From contig DEQB01000035.1 of assembly GCA_002359085.1 (NCBI GenBank), positions 1 through 49,688 of the forward strand: a stretch of DNA of 49,688 nucleotides. Direction: 5' to 3'. Positions within the stretch are counted from its first letter, which is position 1; each line of letters starts with the position of its first letter. This stretch comes from Erysipelothrix sp. UBA3377. GTDB lineage: Bacteria; Bacillota_I; Bacilli_A; Erysipelotrichales; Erysipelotrichaceae. Positions 1 through 10,006 of the stretch are shown here, piece after piece. A program made the translations under genes and the position numbers. A model generated the notes under the pieces. The model saw only the letters and a list, made by a program, of their open reading frames with translations, searched no databases and was not told the DNA's origin.

Positions 1-536
1 TCTTCTCTTTTATAATCAATCAAAGCATCTTGGAAGAGTTGTGAATTCACTGGATCCAATCCAGAGAACGGCTCATCCAAAATTAATATATCCGGTTCAT
101 TTAAAAACGCCTGGGTAATTTGAATTTTTTGTTGGTTACCCTTTGACAGTGTTTCTAACTTTCGATTCAAGTAGTGATCTACTTCAAATCGTTGTGTCCA
201 ATAATTTACAGAAGTTATCGCTTCCTGTCTGGTAGCGCCTCTTAACATCGCAAAATATACGAGTTGGTCCTTGACCGTTGTCTTAGAATACATACCACGT
301 TCCTCTGGCAAGTATCCTATTTTGTGTTTGTTAGAATCGAAGACTTCACCATCCAAAGTGATATTTCCTTCATTGGCTTCAAAAACGTCCATAAGGATCC
401 TAATCGACGTCGTTTTACCGGCACCATTTCTTCCCAAATATCCAAAAATACGTCCGCCATCAACCTCAAAAGATATATCTTTTAAAACATGAAAGTCGTC
501 GAAATATTTATTAATATTCTCAAATCTTAGTTTCAT
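1..536 (-). CDS. ABC transporter ATP-binding protein (YhaQ/NatA-like), partial: continues past the window edge
   Basis: Manual translation from ATG at 536 gives MKLRFENINKYF..., Walker A GRNGAGKTT, signature LSKGNQQK and Walker B ILILDEP. SD AAGGAG upstream. Not in the ORF track because it is truncated. Confidence 0.9.
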   Translation of the reverse strand, partial: MKLRFENINKYFDDFHVLKDISFEVDGGRIFGYLGRNGAGKTTSIRILMDVFEANEGNITLDGEVFDSNKHKIGYLPEERGMYSKTTVKDQLVYFAMLRGATRQEAITSVNYWTQRFEVDHYLNRKLETLSKGNQQKIQITQAFLNEPDILILDEPFSGLDPVNSQLFQDALIDYKRE

Positions 537-635
537 AAAAAAGCTCCTTGTACTACATTCCTAATACAAGGTTACACCATACAACTCGATAATACAAGAA
601 AGTTAAAGTTATATTTTATTAACATTCATTAAATT

Positions 636-1049
636 TTAACGCATAATGCGTCTCCAAACAAGTTTTCGTTCAGGGTGATTTACGTTTGAAAGATACAATA
701 AATCGTCTTCAATTTTAATACTACGTGTCTGGATACTACCCACATATGCATCGATTAGACTCATGTCAACGGATGTGATGAGATGTTGTTTGTCTTCATC
801 AATCACAAAAAATCCGCTGTAGGCATGGTAACCAAAAGCAGCCATTTTCTTTTCGACATCCGTCAAAAACAACCGTGAGTCAATAAACTCAGTTGCCATG
901 ATCTGAACTGAAACACATTTCTGTTTTGTAAACACAATACTTCCCAGTGCATCTTTTCCCAAAGGATATATAATATCCCCTTCTGTATTCTCTGATTGGT
1001 ACTTCACAAGTTCCCAAGAAGTACCCAATAATAATTGTGCTATGTTCAT
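636..1049 (-). CDS. Lipocalin-like domain protein (Lipocalin_5 type)
   Basis: Motifs LLGTSWELVKY, YPLG, AYSGFF and terminal LVWRR. ATG at 1049 follows GCGGGG. Confidence 0.75.
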   Translation of the reverse strand: MNIAQLLLGTSWELVKYQSENTEGDIIYPLGKDALGSIVFTKQKCVSVQIMATEFIDSRLFLTDVEKKMAAFGYHAYSGFFVIDEDKQHLITSVDMSLIDAYVGSIQTRSIKIEDDLLYLSNVNHPERKLVWRRIMR

Positions 1050-1245
1050 ATCATTACCCCGCATTTCATTTTTAGTAAATATCCTTAATTAGAATTTACT
1101 ACAATTATAGCAGTTTTACACAAACATTTTATTCAGGATGAACTTTTATAACTATAATTCAGTAAAACCTGCGTGTTTAGACCATATTATTTTGATTTTT
1201 CATAAAAATGAGGTATGATTGATTATGCAATCAAAAGGAGAGAAT

Positions 1246-1587
1246 ATGGAACAATTTTTAGAAATTATAATTCATATAAGTGTACTGATTTTAGAAATCA
1301 TTGCTGTCGCAGTTATCGCAATTGGTACTGTAAAGTCAGTCATTATTTTTATTCAAAATTATTTTACTGATAAAGAAAATCAAATCATTCGTGAAATGGC
1401 ATCCAGTATGTCTTTGGCTTTAGAGTTTATTCTTGCAGCTGAGATCTTGGAAACAATGATTGTTGATGATCGCACACAACTCATAACCATGAGTGTACTC
1501 TTAGTCTTAAGAATTATTATAACATTTGTACTTCATTGGGAACTTCGTACCACGGAGTGCCATGAAAACAAATCTTCAGATGAATAA
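1246..1587 (+). CDS. DUF1622 family small membrane protein
   Basis: Motifs LALEFILAAEILET and LRIIITFVLHWE. SD AAGGAG before ATG 1246. Confidence 0.8.
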   Translation: MEQFLEIIIHISVLILEIIAVAVIAIGTVKSVIIFIQNYFTDKENQIIREMASSMSLALEFILAAEILETMIVDDRTQLITMSVLLVLRIIITFVLHWELRTTECHENKSSDE

Positions 1588-1591
1588 TAAT

Positions 1592-1621
1592 AAAATCCAA
1601 TCTCAGCGGTTGGTTTTTTTT
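1592..1621 (+). terminator. Intrinsic terminator of the DUF1622 gene
   Basis: CCAATC-TCAGC-GGTTGG hairpin followed by a T-tract. Confidence 0.65.
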
Positions 1622-1638
1622 ATGCTCGTAATATAAAT

Positions 1639-1666
1639 AAAAAACCTTACTGTTAAGTAAGGCTTT
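1639..1666 (-). terminator. Intrinsic terminator downstream of tRNA-Leu
   Basis: CCTTACT-N4-AGTAAGG hairpin, with a T-tract on the minus strand. Confidence 0.65.
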
Positions 1667-1674
1667 AATTTTCA

Positions 1675-1761
1675 TGGTACCCGAAGACGGACTTGAACCG
1701 TCATGAGTTTTACCTCGCTGGATTTTGAGTCCAGTGTGTCTACCGATTCCACCATTCGGGC
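1675..1761 (-). tRNA. tRNA-Leu, anticodon CAA
   Basis: Reverse complement reads GCCCGAA...CTGGA-CT-CAA-AA-TCCAG, long variable arm, GGTTCAAGTCC, then TTCGGGT-A-CCA. The CCA end is encoded. Confidence 0.97.
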
Positions 1762-1773
1762 AACTGCTCTATT

Positions 1774-1802
1774 ATAATACTACTAATAATTGATTTAGAC
1801 AA
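1774..1802 (-). promoter_or_regulatory. sigmaA-type promoter for tRNA-Leu
   Basis: TTGTCT-17bp-TATTAT just upstream of the tRNA. Confidence 0.55.
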
Positions 1803-1845
1803 TACCTTTTTTAAAAATATTGTAGTTTTACAACATAAATTTAGG

Positions 1846-1885
1846 TAAAGAAACGGACCCAAGCAAAATCACTTCGGTCCGTTTT
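1846..1885 (-). terminator. Terminator after ftsK
   Basis: AAACGGACCGAAG...CTTGGGTCCGTTT hairpin followed by CTTT. Confidence 0.6.
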
Positions 1886-1891
1886 AATATA

Positions 1892-4150
1892 TCATTCAGT
1901 TTCTTGCAATCTTTGGTAAGCATCAAGACTCTCATAAAAGATTTCACGCGGTTTTGCGCCCTGTTGAGAACCAATGATTCCCTGTTGTTCCAAAGCGTGC
2001 ATAATACGTGCAGCGCGATTGTATCCGATACCAAAGTAGGTTTGAAGATTAGAAGTTGAAGCGCGCTGTGAACTTATGACATGTTCCAACGCCTGTTCAT
2101 ATAGTTCATCTTCCATACCCTTTTGTTGACCTGTGGTTTCTGTAGGTGTCATGGCTTCCTCAAATGTATTATCAAATTGAGGATCTGCTTGTTCAGAAGC
2201 ATATTTGGCTAATTTCTCAACCTCAGCATCTGAAACATAAGCACCTTGAACACGTGTCGGACTGGGAGCGCCCATTGGGATATAAAGCATGTCGCCATAC
2301 CCTAATAATTTCTCAGCGCCTGTGGCATCTAAAATCGTTCTAGAATCAACTGCACTGGATACCGCAAATGCGATCCGACTGGGTATGTTGGCTTTAATTA
2401 CACCTGTAACAACATCCACAGACGGACGTTGGGTTGCCACAATTAAATGAATACCAGCTGCACGTGCAAGTTGGGTGATACGTTGAATTGACGTCTCAAC
2501 TTCCTTACCCGCAACCGCCATCAAGTCTGCCAACTCATCAATAATAACCACAATCCATGGCATCGCTTCAAGTGACTCATCTGTTTTTGATTTTTCGTTA
2601 TAAGCACTCATGTTACGAACACCCTGTGAAGAGAACGTTTCATAACGTTGTTCCATCTCAACCACAATTTTTTGAAGTGCCGCAGCCGCTTGATGCGGAT
2701 CGGTCACAACTGGAGTTAAAAGATGTGGAATATCAACATAAGGCGTAAATTCAACCTTCTTAGGATCAATCAAAACCAATTTAAGTTCTTCTGGATGTTT
2801 ACTAATCAACAGTGAAGAAATAATACTATTGATGGAAACACTTTTACCACTACCAGTTGCTCCCGCAATTAAAAGGTGGGGCATTTTATTGAGTGCAATA
2901 CTGATGGATTCACCCATTAAGTTCTTACCCAATGCCACCCAAATATTTTCTTTTTCGTAAAACTGAGACGTATTCAAGACAATTTCTTTCAAACGCACTG
3001 GTACTGTCTCTTCATTGGGAATTTCTATCCCCACTGCTGGACGTCCAGGAATGGGTGCCTCAATACGCAATGACGTAACCGCCAACTCCATCATGATGTT
3101 ATCTTGAATGGAACCAATACGACTGATTTTAACATTACTATCCGGCTTAATCTCAAACTTCGTGACAGAAGGACCGATATGAATATCCACCAATTCAGCT
3201 TCAATCCCAAATTGCTCCAGAACTTCAATAACACGCTTACCACGCTCTTTTGCGGAATTACTATTCGCTGTGGAACGACCCTTTTTACCCACACTATCAA
3301 GTAAAGATAAGGGCGGCAGTTGATAATTAGAGAACTTGCGTTTTTCCTTATCACTTCCAGATTTTTTATCATCTTCAGTTAAATCAAAACGAACACGATC
3401 ATCTTCAACAATTGTGATCGGTTGTGGATGTATTTTGGGTTCAGATTTATCATCTGTTACATCAATAAAATTAGCCGTCACATCATTGGGTTGTACTGCT
3501 ACTTCAGGTTCATCCAACATCAAGTCGATCGGATCAACTTCAACGTCATCCTTAGCAGGTAAAAGTTTTTTAAAAAATCGTCCAAACCCTTTGATGAAGG
3601 AGAAAAAGTATCCCAAAACACGCTTAACACCTTCAAAGATTCTTTGAGGTGTCAACAATAAGAACGTTGCGACCAAACCCAGAAATACATTAACGATAAT
3701 GGTTCCGGTTCTATCAAATAGAAATGAACTGACTGCATAGAATATAGCGCCAAGAATACCACCATAAGCATTCGTTTCAAAATCAGAATAAACGTTCTTT
3801 ATGATCGAGAAATAATAGCGAACGACTTCGCCCCCAACCATCTTTTGAACAATTGGGAATGCCAATACGTTCAGTAAGATAACAATAAATATCAGCATTG
3901 CAATCCAAATTCTCTGTGGTACTTTTTTAAACTTTTTAGGATCAATCAAATAAAAGAGAATGAGTGCAATGAGCAAGCCAAAGAATACTTGAGGATAAGC
4001 TCCAAAAAGCACTCTAAAAGATCCAAATAAAAATCTTCCAACAAATCCTAACTGAAATATACCAATAACCGCAAATACTGCAATCGCGAGTAATAGCGTA
4101 TATTTCTTTGCGTCTTCACGCATTTGTTTTTTACTTCTTCTTCGACTCAA
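1892..4150 (-). CDS. ftsK: DNA translocase FtsK/SpoIIIE
   Basis: N-terminal TM segments, PHLLIAGATGSGKS, IIDELADLM, LARAAGIHL and a C-terminal gamma domain (IGYNRAARI). TTG start. Confidence 0.97.
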   Translation of the reverse strand: MSRRRSKKQMREDAKKYTLLLAIAVFAVIGIFQLGFVGRFLFGSFRVLFGAYPQVFFGLLIALILFYLIDPKKFKKVPQRIWIAMLIFIVILLNVLAFPIVQKMVGGEVVRYYFSIIKNVYSDFETNAYGGILGAIFYAVSSFLFDRTGTIIVNVFLGLVATFLLLTPQRIFEGVKRVLGYFFSFIKGFGRFFKKLLPAKDDVEVDPIDLMLDEPEVAVQPNDVTANFIDVTDDKSEPKIHPQPITIVEDDRVRFDLTEDDKKSGSDKEKRKFSNYQLPPLSLLDSVGKKGRSTANSNSAKERGKRVIEVLEQFGIEAELVDIHIGPSVTKFEIKPDSNVKISRIGSIQDNIMMELAVTSLRIEAPIPGRPAVGIEIPNEETVPVRLKEIVLNTSQFYEKENIWVALGKNLMGESISIALNKMPHLLIAGATGSGKSVSINSIISSLLISKHPEELKLVLIDPKKVEFTPYVDIPHLLTPVVTDPHQAAAALQKIVVEMEQRYETFSSQGVRNMSAYNEKSKTDESLEAMPWIVVIIDELADLMAVAGKEVETSIQRITQLARAAGIHLIVATQRPSVDVVTGVIKANIPSRIAFAVSSAVDSRTILDATGAEKLLGYGDMLYIPMGAPSPTRVQGAYVSDAEVEKLAKYASEQADPQFDNTFEEAMTPTETTGQQKGMEDELYEQALEHVISSQRASTSNLQTYFGIGYNRAARIMHALEQQGIIGSQQGAKPREIFYESLDAYQRLQETE

Positions 4151-4161
4151 TTTAACACACC

Positions 4162-5823
4162 TCAGAGATTTACTTCTATAATCACAGGCATAACCATCGG
4201 TCTTTTACCTGTTTCTTTAAATACATATTTTGAGATTTGATCACGGGCATCATTACGGACCGCAACATTATCAAAACGATTCTCTTTGCGCGCTTTTTCA
4301 ACCGTGCGCTCTAAAATATGACCCACTTCATTCATGATGTTTTCAGAACTTCTAATATAAATAACACCTCTTGATTGAACATCGGGTCCCCCAATGATTT
4401 CTTTAGTCTTATGATCAATCACAAGACCCGCAATAATTGCACCATCGGTAGCCAACGTTTTACGATCTCTTAAAACAAGGCTTGAGGTATCCAAGTTATC
4501 TTTACCATCAATCAAGACCTCATCTAAAGCAACTTTATCAAAGCTTTCAATGTGATTACCATTTTCAAAAGTAGCCACTTCACCATTGTCTAAAACCACA
4601 ACATTTTTTGCAAGGAAATCCATATCAAAAGCAATGTCGGCGTTCTTAATAAGGTTTAAATATGACCCTTTAAGCGGTACATAGTATTTGGGTTTCATCA
4701 TTGATAGCATCATCTTGATATCTTCAATTGATGCGTGCATTGCGGAAACTTCACGATAGTTTAAAGATACAACTCGGACACCATCTTTAAATAGTTCGTC
4801 CTCCATCGCCGCTGCAACCCTTTCGGTTCCTGGAACAATCGGTGAAGCAATGATCACTGTATCCTTAGGATCCAGTTTAATCCGTGCATCTTCACCACTC
4901 GCAATTCTATGCATACTTCTAAAGACATCTGGTCCTGTATTTGAGACAATCACCACCACATTATCCATCTTATTATTAAAATGCTCAGGGCTGACTTCTA
5001 CTTCCTTAGGAATTTTATAATATCCCAATTTATCCAAATGATTTAATATTTTTCTTTGTGACTCATTCGCAAAGAATACACGACGACGATACTTTTTCGC
5101 CATCTCAACCACTTCAATTAAACGATAAATATTTTGGTCATAAAGCGTCGTAAAAATACGACCTTCACTTTCCTCAAACACGCGATCAATGCGACTTGAG
5201 ATTCGATGGGTTGGGGATGTAAAACCAGATTTGTCTGCCGTTATAGATTCAACGGTTAATATAAATACACCTTTCTTCCCAATTTCAGCGAGATCAGAAA
5301 TGTCGCAGCTAAAACTCTCACCTTTCGCATCAAAGTCAATCACGAATTCTGATGAATGAACGATATATCCTTGATCTGTATCGATAGCAATCCCAAAAGT
5401 ATCAGGGATAGAATGCGTTAAACCAAAGGTTCTTATTGAACGCTTTCCAATTTTGAATTGTCCGCTACGTTTGATCTCATGAATTTCGACATTCTTTATT
5501 TTATGTTCTTGTAGCACATCTTTAATCATTAAAGACGTTAGGGGTGTTGTATAAACTGGAATGCGTACATCTTTTAAAAGATATGGCAAAGCCCCCATCA
5601 CATCATCATGACCGTGTGTTATAAAAATCGCTTTGATGCGGTTTTTATTTTCAATTAAATACGTAAAGTCAGGAATAATAATCTCTACCCCTAACACTTC
5701 ACTGCTCTCTGGGTAACGAACACCCGCATCGACCACATAAATTTCTTGATCAATTTCAATAACGGAACTGTTTTTTCCGTGCTCATCGTTGCCACCCAGT
5801 GTAAAAAAACGAATTTTTTCCAT
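4162..5823 (-). CDS. rnj: Ribonuclease J family protein (J2-like, degenerate metal motifs)
   Basis: Beta-CASP motifs DAG, THGHDDVMG and HSIPD, with C-terminal TGKRPMVMPVIIEV. Confidence 0.92.
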   Translation of the reverse strand: MEKIRFFTLGGNDEHGKNSSVIEIDQEIYVVDAGVRYPESSEVLGVEIIIPDFTYLIENKNRIKAIFITHGHDDVMGALPYLLKDVRIPVYTTPLTSLMIKDVLQEHKIKNVEIHEIKRSGQFKIGKRSIRTFGLTHSIPDTFGIAIDTDQGYIVHSSEFVIDFDAKGESFSCDISDLAEIGKKGVFILTVESITADKSGFTSPTHRISSRIDRVFEESEGRIFTTLYDQNIYRLIEVVEMAKKYRRRVFFANESQRKILNHLDKLGYYKIPKEVEVSPEHFNNKMDNVVVIVSNTGPDVFRSMHRIASGEDARIKLDPKDTVIIASPIVPGTERVAAAMEDELFKDGVRVVSLNYREVSAMHASIEDIKMMLSMMKPKYYVPLKGSYLNLIKNADIAFDMDFLAKNVVVLDNGEVATFENGNHIESFDKVALDEVLIDGKDNLDTSSLVLRDRKTLATDGAIIAGLVIDHKTKEIIGGPDVQSRGVIYIRSSENIMNEVGHILERTVEKARKENRFDNVAVRNDARDQISKYVFKETGKRPMVMPVIIEVNL

Positions 5824-5835
5824 AGTAACTCCTTA

Positions 5836-6603
5836 TCATTTTCTTGTAATTCTCATGATGTCTGTAGACAACATGGTTTCATCATCGATCGTAATTAGGA
5901 CTGCATTTAGGAAGCTTTCTCCAGAGCCAACTTCATAATACGTTCTAACACCATCAATTATATTTTCTTTCAATTCATTAAAATCACGACCGATAATAGA
6001 ATCCAATGCACCACACATACCCACATCGGTTATGTACGCAACATTTCCTATTAAACGCTCATCTGCAGTTTGAACATGGGTATGGGTTCCCACGAGTGCA
6101 TCGATTTCATCTTTATACAGTGTAGCAAAAAACATCTTCTCACTGGTTGATTCTGCATGGAAATCAACAAAATAGTAATCTGCTTCAACATGATCTAAGA
6201 CATATTCCATATATTTGTAAGGTTTATCACCCACGCGGTTCATAAATGCCTCCCCATAAAGGTTGACGACACAAATTAACCGATCATTCACATGATACAC
6301 TTTATAATAATTCCCAAAATCAACGGGATCAATATTCGCAGGAATCAGTAAATGTTCACATTCATCATAAAAGTCATAAATTTCACTTTTAGCGAAGGTA
6401 TGATTCCCCATCGTAACCACATTAACGCCCAATTGAATCAGTTGATTATAAATCCTTTTGGTGATGCCTTTTCCATGGGCGGCATTTTCACCATTTGCGA
6501 TTACAAAATCAACATTGTAATCTTCTATCAACGTAGACAAATGGTCAGCAACAATTTGCCGACCACTTGAACCTACTATATCACCAATAAAAAGCAATTT
6601 CAT
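5836..6603 (-). CDS. ymdB: YmdB / TIGR00282 metallophosphoesterase
   Basis: Motifs GDIVG, NGENAAHG, GNH, DFHAE, GTHTHV and TDVGMCG. Immediately follows rny. Confidence 0.95.
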   Translation of the reverse strand: MKLLFIGDIVGSSGRQIVADHLSTLIEDYNVDFVIANGENAAHGKGITKRIYNQLIQLGVNVVTMGNHTFAKSEIYDFYDECEHLLIPANIDPVDFGNYYKVYHVNDRLICVVNLYGEAFMNRVGDKPYKYMEYVLDHVEADYYFVDFHAESTSEKMFFATLYKDEIDALVGTHTHVQTADERLIGNVAYITDVGMCGALDSIIGRDFNELKENIIDGVRTYYEVGSGESFLNAVLITIDDETMLSTDIMRITRK

Positions 6604-8156
6604 TACTTCGCAAGCTCCTGTGCTCTTAATTCACGAATAACGGTAACCTTGATTTGTCCAGGGTATGTCATTTCTTCTTCAATTTGAGTTTTAATTTCAC
6701 GAGCAAGCTTTGTAGTTTGTAGGTCATCAATCTTATTTGGGATAACCATAACTCTAAGCTCACGACCTGCTGAAATCGCAAACGCTCTTTCAACACCTTC
6801 TTTGGTAGTGGCGATTGCTTCGAGATCTTCAAGTCTTTGAATATAATTTTCAAATGACTCATAGCGCGCTCCAGGTCTTGCAGCACTGATGGTATCAGCT
6901 GCTTGTACCAATACGGAGATCACACTGGTAGCCGGCGTATCACCGTGGTGAGACGCAATTGCATTGATAACTACAGGATGTTCATTTCCTTTTTTAGCCA
7001 AACGAACTCCCAGTTCAACGTGACTTCCTTCCATTTCAAAATCAAGTCCTTTACCGATGTCATGGAAAAGACCAGCACGCTTCGCAAGTTTGGCATTCAA
7101 ACCCAACTCAGAAGCCATCATACCTGCCAAATGCGCAACCTCAATTGAGTGTTGTAATGCATTTTGGCCATATGAATAACGATATTTCAAACGACCCAAA
7201 ACGGTCACCAATTCTTTATTAACTTTACTGATACCTAAATCAAACAAAGTATCTTGTCCAGTTTTAATAATAACACTGTGTAAATCCTTTTGTGCTTTGG
7301 ATACAACTTCTTCAATACGACCCGGTTGAATACGTCCATCTTGAATTAATGTTTCAAGAGAAATCTTAGCGATTTCACGACGAATCGGATCAAATGAAGA
7401 GACTGTAATAATCTCAGGTGTATCATCTATAATCAAATCGACACCGGTTGCCTGTTCAAAAGCACGGATGTTACGACCTTCACGTCCAATAATACGACCT
7501 TTCATGTCTTCATTGGGCAATGTAACAAGAGATGATGTGTTTTGAGTCACAACATCTTGTGAATATTTTGAGATTGCAAGAGAAATTATGTTCTTCGCAA
7601 GGTTCTCAGCATTTTCATGCGCCTGTTCTTCTTGTTCTTTAATATACGCAAGCATTTCATGTTCCGTTCTTTTTTCAACGATATCAAACAATTCTGCTTT
7701 CGCATCATCAACTGTTAATGCAGTAATTCTTTCCAATTCTTGGACTTGGATATCCAAGTGTTTCTCTAATTCTTCTTCCTTCTTATCTAGTACTTGTTTT
7801 TTCGATTCTAATTGTTGCTGGGTTCTTTGTAAACCCTTCTCTTTTTCAGTCAAATTTTCGTCTTTAAAATTTAAACTGTCTTCTCTACGACTCAGTTTAT
7901 TTTCAAATTCTGACAATTCTTTCTGTTGTGATTTCAACTCTTTTTCAGCATTTAATTTAATTTCATAACTTTGTGTCTTTGCTTCCAGAGTTGCTTGACG
8001 CACTATGTTTTCAGCTTGTGAATTCGCGTCCTCAATAATTCTTAGAGATTCTTTTTTAGCTCTACTTAAACCAATTTTATTAATAACAAAAAATATAATT
8101 GTCATTACGATAAATACAATAATACCAGTTAAGAGGGCCATCATTTTTTCATCCAT
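6603..8156 (-). CDS. rny: Ribonuclease Y
   Basis: N-terminal TM, coiled coil, KH domain (KGRIIGREGRNIR) and HD domain (HDIGK). Confidence 0.98.
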   Translation of the reverse strand: MDEKMMALLTGIIVFIVMTIIFFVINKIGLSRAKKESLRIIEDANSQAENIVRQATLEAKTQSYEIKLNAEKELKSQQKELSEFENKLSRREDSLNFKDENLTEKEKGLQRTQQQLESKKQVLDKKEEELEKHLDIQVQELERITALTVDDAKAELFDIVEKRTEHEMLAYIKEQEEQAHENAENLAKNIISLAISKYSQDVVTQNTSSLVTLPNEDMKGRIIGREGRNIRAFEQATGVDLIIDDTPEIITVSSFDPIRREIAKISLETLIQDGRIQPGRIEEVVSKAQKDLHSVIIKTGQDTLFDLGISKVNKELVTVLGRLKYRYSYGQNALQHSIEVAHLAGMMASELGLNAKLAKRAGLFHDIGKGLDFEMEGSHVELGVRLAKKGNEHPVVINAIASHHGDTPATSVISVLVQAADTISAARPGARYESFENYIQRLEDLEAIATTKEGVERAFAISAGRELRVMVIPNKIDDLQTTKLAREIKTQIEEEMTYPGQIKVTVIRELRAQELAK

Positions 8157-8198
8157 ATGTATGCTCCCATCTTAATTAATTAGTTTCCTAATAAGTAA

Positions 8199-8227
8199 AT
8201 TATACTTGATTTACTTATATTTCACAA
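8199..8227 (-). promoter_or_regulatory. sigmaA promoter of rny-ymdB-rnj-ftsK
   Basis: TTGTGA-17bp-TATAAT. Confidence 0.7.
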
Positions 8228-8339
8228 GGAAAAATGTATGGTTGGGTACAACTGATATTTTTTTATTTGTTTTATACATGAGAATCATTTTATTGAAGAC
8301 TCAAACTTTAAAAATACAGACGCTCTTTTCTCACCAAAA

Positions 8340-8368
8340 TAAAAAAAAGCAAAACTTTCGTTTCGCTT
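8340..8368 (-). terminator. Terminator after recA
   Basis: AAGCGAAAC-GAAA-GTTTTGCTT followed by a T-tract. Confidence 0.75.
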
Positions 8369-9371
8369 AATTAACGTTTTCTTGTTTCGGAATGATCCGT
8401 TCACGAATCTGATCCGCAACAATTTTAGTGACATCTGGGTTGTCCAATAAAAATGTTCTTACAGCTTCACGACCCTGACCAATTCTTTCGCCATTATATG
8501 AATACCATGACCCACTTTTCTCAATGAGATCAAACTCAACACCCATATCAATGACTTCCCCAATAAAACTGACACCTTTTCCATATAGGATTTCTACGGT
8601 TACCAACTTAAAAGGTGGGGCTACTTTATTTTTTACAACACGAATATTGGCTTTATTTCCAATAATATCCTGCCCAATTTTAATTTGTTCACTTCTTCGA
8701 ATATCAAGACGAACTGAAGAATAAAACTTCAAGGCTCTACCACCTGGCGTTGTTTCAGGATTACCAAACATAATCCCAACTTTTTCTCTCAATTGGTTAA
8801 TAAAGATCGCAGTACACTCACTCTTATTCATCGCACCTGATAATTTACGCATGGCTTTTGACATCATACGCGCTTGAAGACCCACTTGGGCATCTCCCAT
8901 TTCACCATCAAGTTCCGCTTGTGGTACCAACGCAGCAACACTGTCTACAACAATCAAATCAACGGCACCTGAACGCACCAAGACATCCACGATGTCCAAA
9001 GCTTGTTCACCACTGTCAGGTTGAGACAAAATCAATTCATCGATATCAACCCCTAAATTACGTGCATAGACGGGATCAATCGCATTTTCTGCATCGATAA
9101 AGGCAGCTCTACCGCCTGCTTTTTGACATTCAGCAATGGCATGCAATGCCAAGGTTGTTTTACCACTGGATTCTGGTCCATAGATTTCAATGATACGTCC
9201 ACGAGGATATCCACCGATACCCAAAGCAGCATCCAATTGAAGTGATCCTGAACCAATCGCATCAACATCTACGTTACCACGATCTCCCAGTTTCATGATG
9301 GAACCTTTTCCATATTGTTTTTCAATCTGTTTTAAAGTTTCCTGTAAAACTTTATCTTTTTTTTCGCTCAT
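8367..9371 (-). CDS. recA: Recombinase A
   Basis: Motifs [24 protein letters not shown] and [15 protein letters not shown] favours the ATG at 9371. Confidence 0.99.
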   Translation of the reverse strand: MSEKKDKVLQETLKQIEKQYGKGSIMKLGDRGNVDVDAIGSGSLQLDAALGIGGYPRGRIIEIYGPESSGKTTLALHAIAECQKAGGRAAFIDAENAIDPVYARNLGVDIDELILSQPDSGEQALDIVDVLVRSGAVDLIVVDSVAALVPQAELDGEMGDAQVGLQARMMSKAMRKLSGAMNKSECTAIFINQLREKVGIMFGNPETTPGGRALKFYSSVRLDIRRSEQIKIGQDIIGNKANIRVVKNKVAPPFKLVTVEILYGKGVSFIGEVIDMGVEFDLIEKSGSWYSYNGERIGQGREAVRTFLLDNPDVTKIVADQIRERIIPKQENVN

Positions 9372-9404
9372 ACTGACCTCCATTATGAATTAATCAACTT
9401 AAAG

Positions 9405-10004
9405 TTATTCCCCTAATTGATTTGAAAAATATGTTCTACTTTGAAGTACGTAAGATACACCACTTAATACGGACATCAACGTTGCAAACCATACAACAAT
9501 CGATGACACTGGAATACCTTGTAACTCAAATGGCAAGTTATTGAGCAATACCAAGATGATGGCGACCATTTGTAAAACAGTTTTTGCTTTACCCAAGTAA
9601 CCAGCAGCCATAACCATACCTTGTTGTGCCAATAACATACGAATCGCATCCACGATCGTATCACGCCAAATCATTAATAATACGGCAACCACTGGAACAA
9701 TACCCTCTACAGCAAATAAGATAAATAATGTATTGACCAATAATTTATCCGCAATTGGGTCTAAAAACTTTCCAAAAGTTGTGATCATATTGCGTGATCT
9801 CGCCAGATATCCATCCAAGAAATCTGTAAACGATGCGATTGCGAATAATACAAGTACCACAATCTTATCATATGACAGAATCACTGAATCAAAAGTAAAG
9901 TGATCAATCTGTATTCCAAATTGGTTATAAGGAAATACATAAATTAAAACGATAAGTGGAATTAGAGCAATTCGGAATACCGTTAATTTGTTTGCGACAT
10001 TCAT
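9405..10004 (-). CDS. pgsA: CDP-diacylglycerol--glycerol-3-phosphate 3-phosphatidyltransferase
   Basis: CDP-alcohol phosphotransferase motif DFLDGYLAR...FGKFLDPIADK. rodZ-pgsA-recA synteny. Confidence 0.95.
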   Translation of the reverse strand: MNVANKLTVFRIALIPLIVLIYVFPYNQFGIQIDHFTFDSVILSYDKIVVLVLFAIASFTDFLDGYLARSRNMITTFGKFLDPIADKLLVNTLFILFAVEGIVPVVAVLLMIWRDTIVDAIRMLLAQQGMVMAAGYLGKAKTVLQMVAIILVLLNNLPFELQGIPVSSIVVWFATLMSVLSGVSYVLQSRTYFSNQLGE

Positions 10005-10006
10005 TT

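Noticed and set aside
264..492. Two 73-aa plus-strand ORFs
   Set aside because: They are antisense shadows of the ABC ATPase on the minus strand.
1675..1700. attL/attR duplication of the tRNA-Leu 3' end
   Set aside because: I saw no second copy and no integrase in the window.
7588..7968. 126-aa Ser/Phe-rich plus-strand ORF, and similar ones at 3336, 10230, 21374, 33235 and 44683
   Set aside because: These are antisense in-frame shadows of Glu/Lys-rich core genes, with no SD or recognisable motifs.
8279..8293. Fur-box-like TGAGAATCATTTTAT upstream of rny
   Set aside because: The right half-site is poor, the background is AT-rich, and it lies about 50 bp upstream of the -35.
9372..9404. LexA/SOS box upstream of recA
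   Set aside because: No GAAC-N4-GTTC motif is visible in the 33-bp intergenic region.
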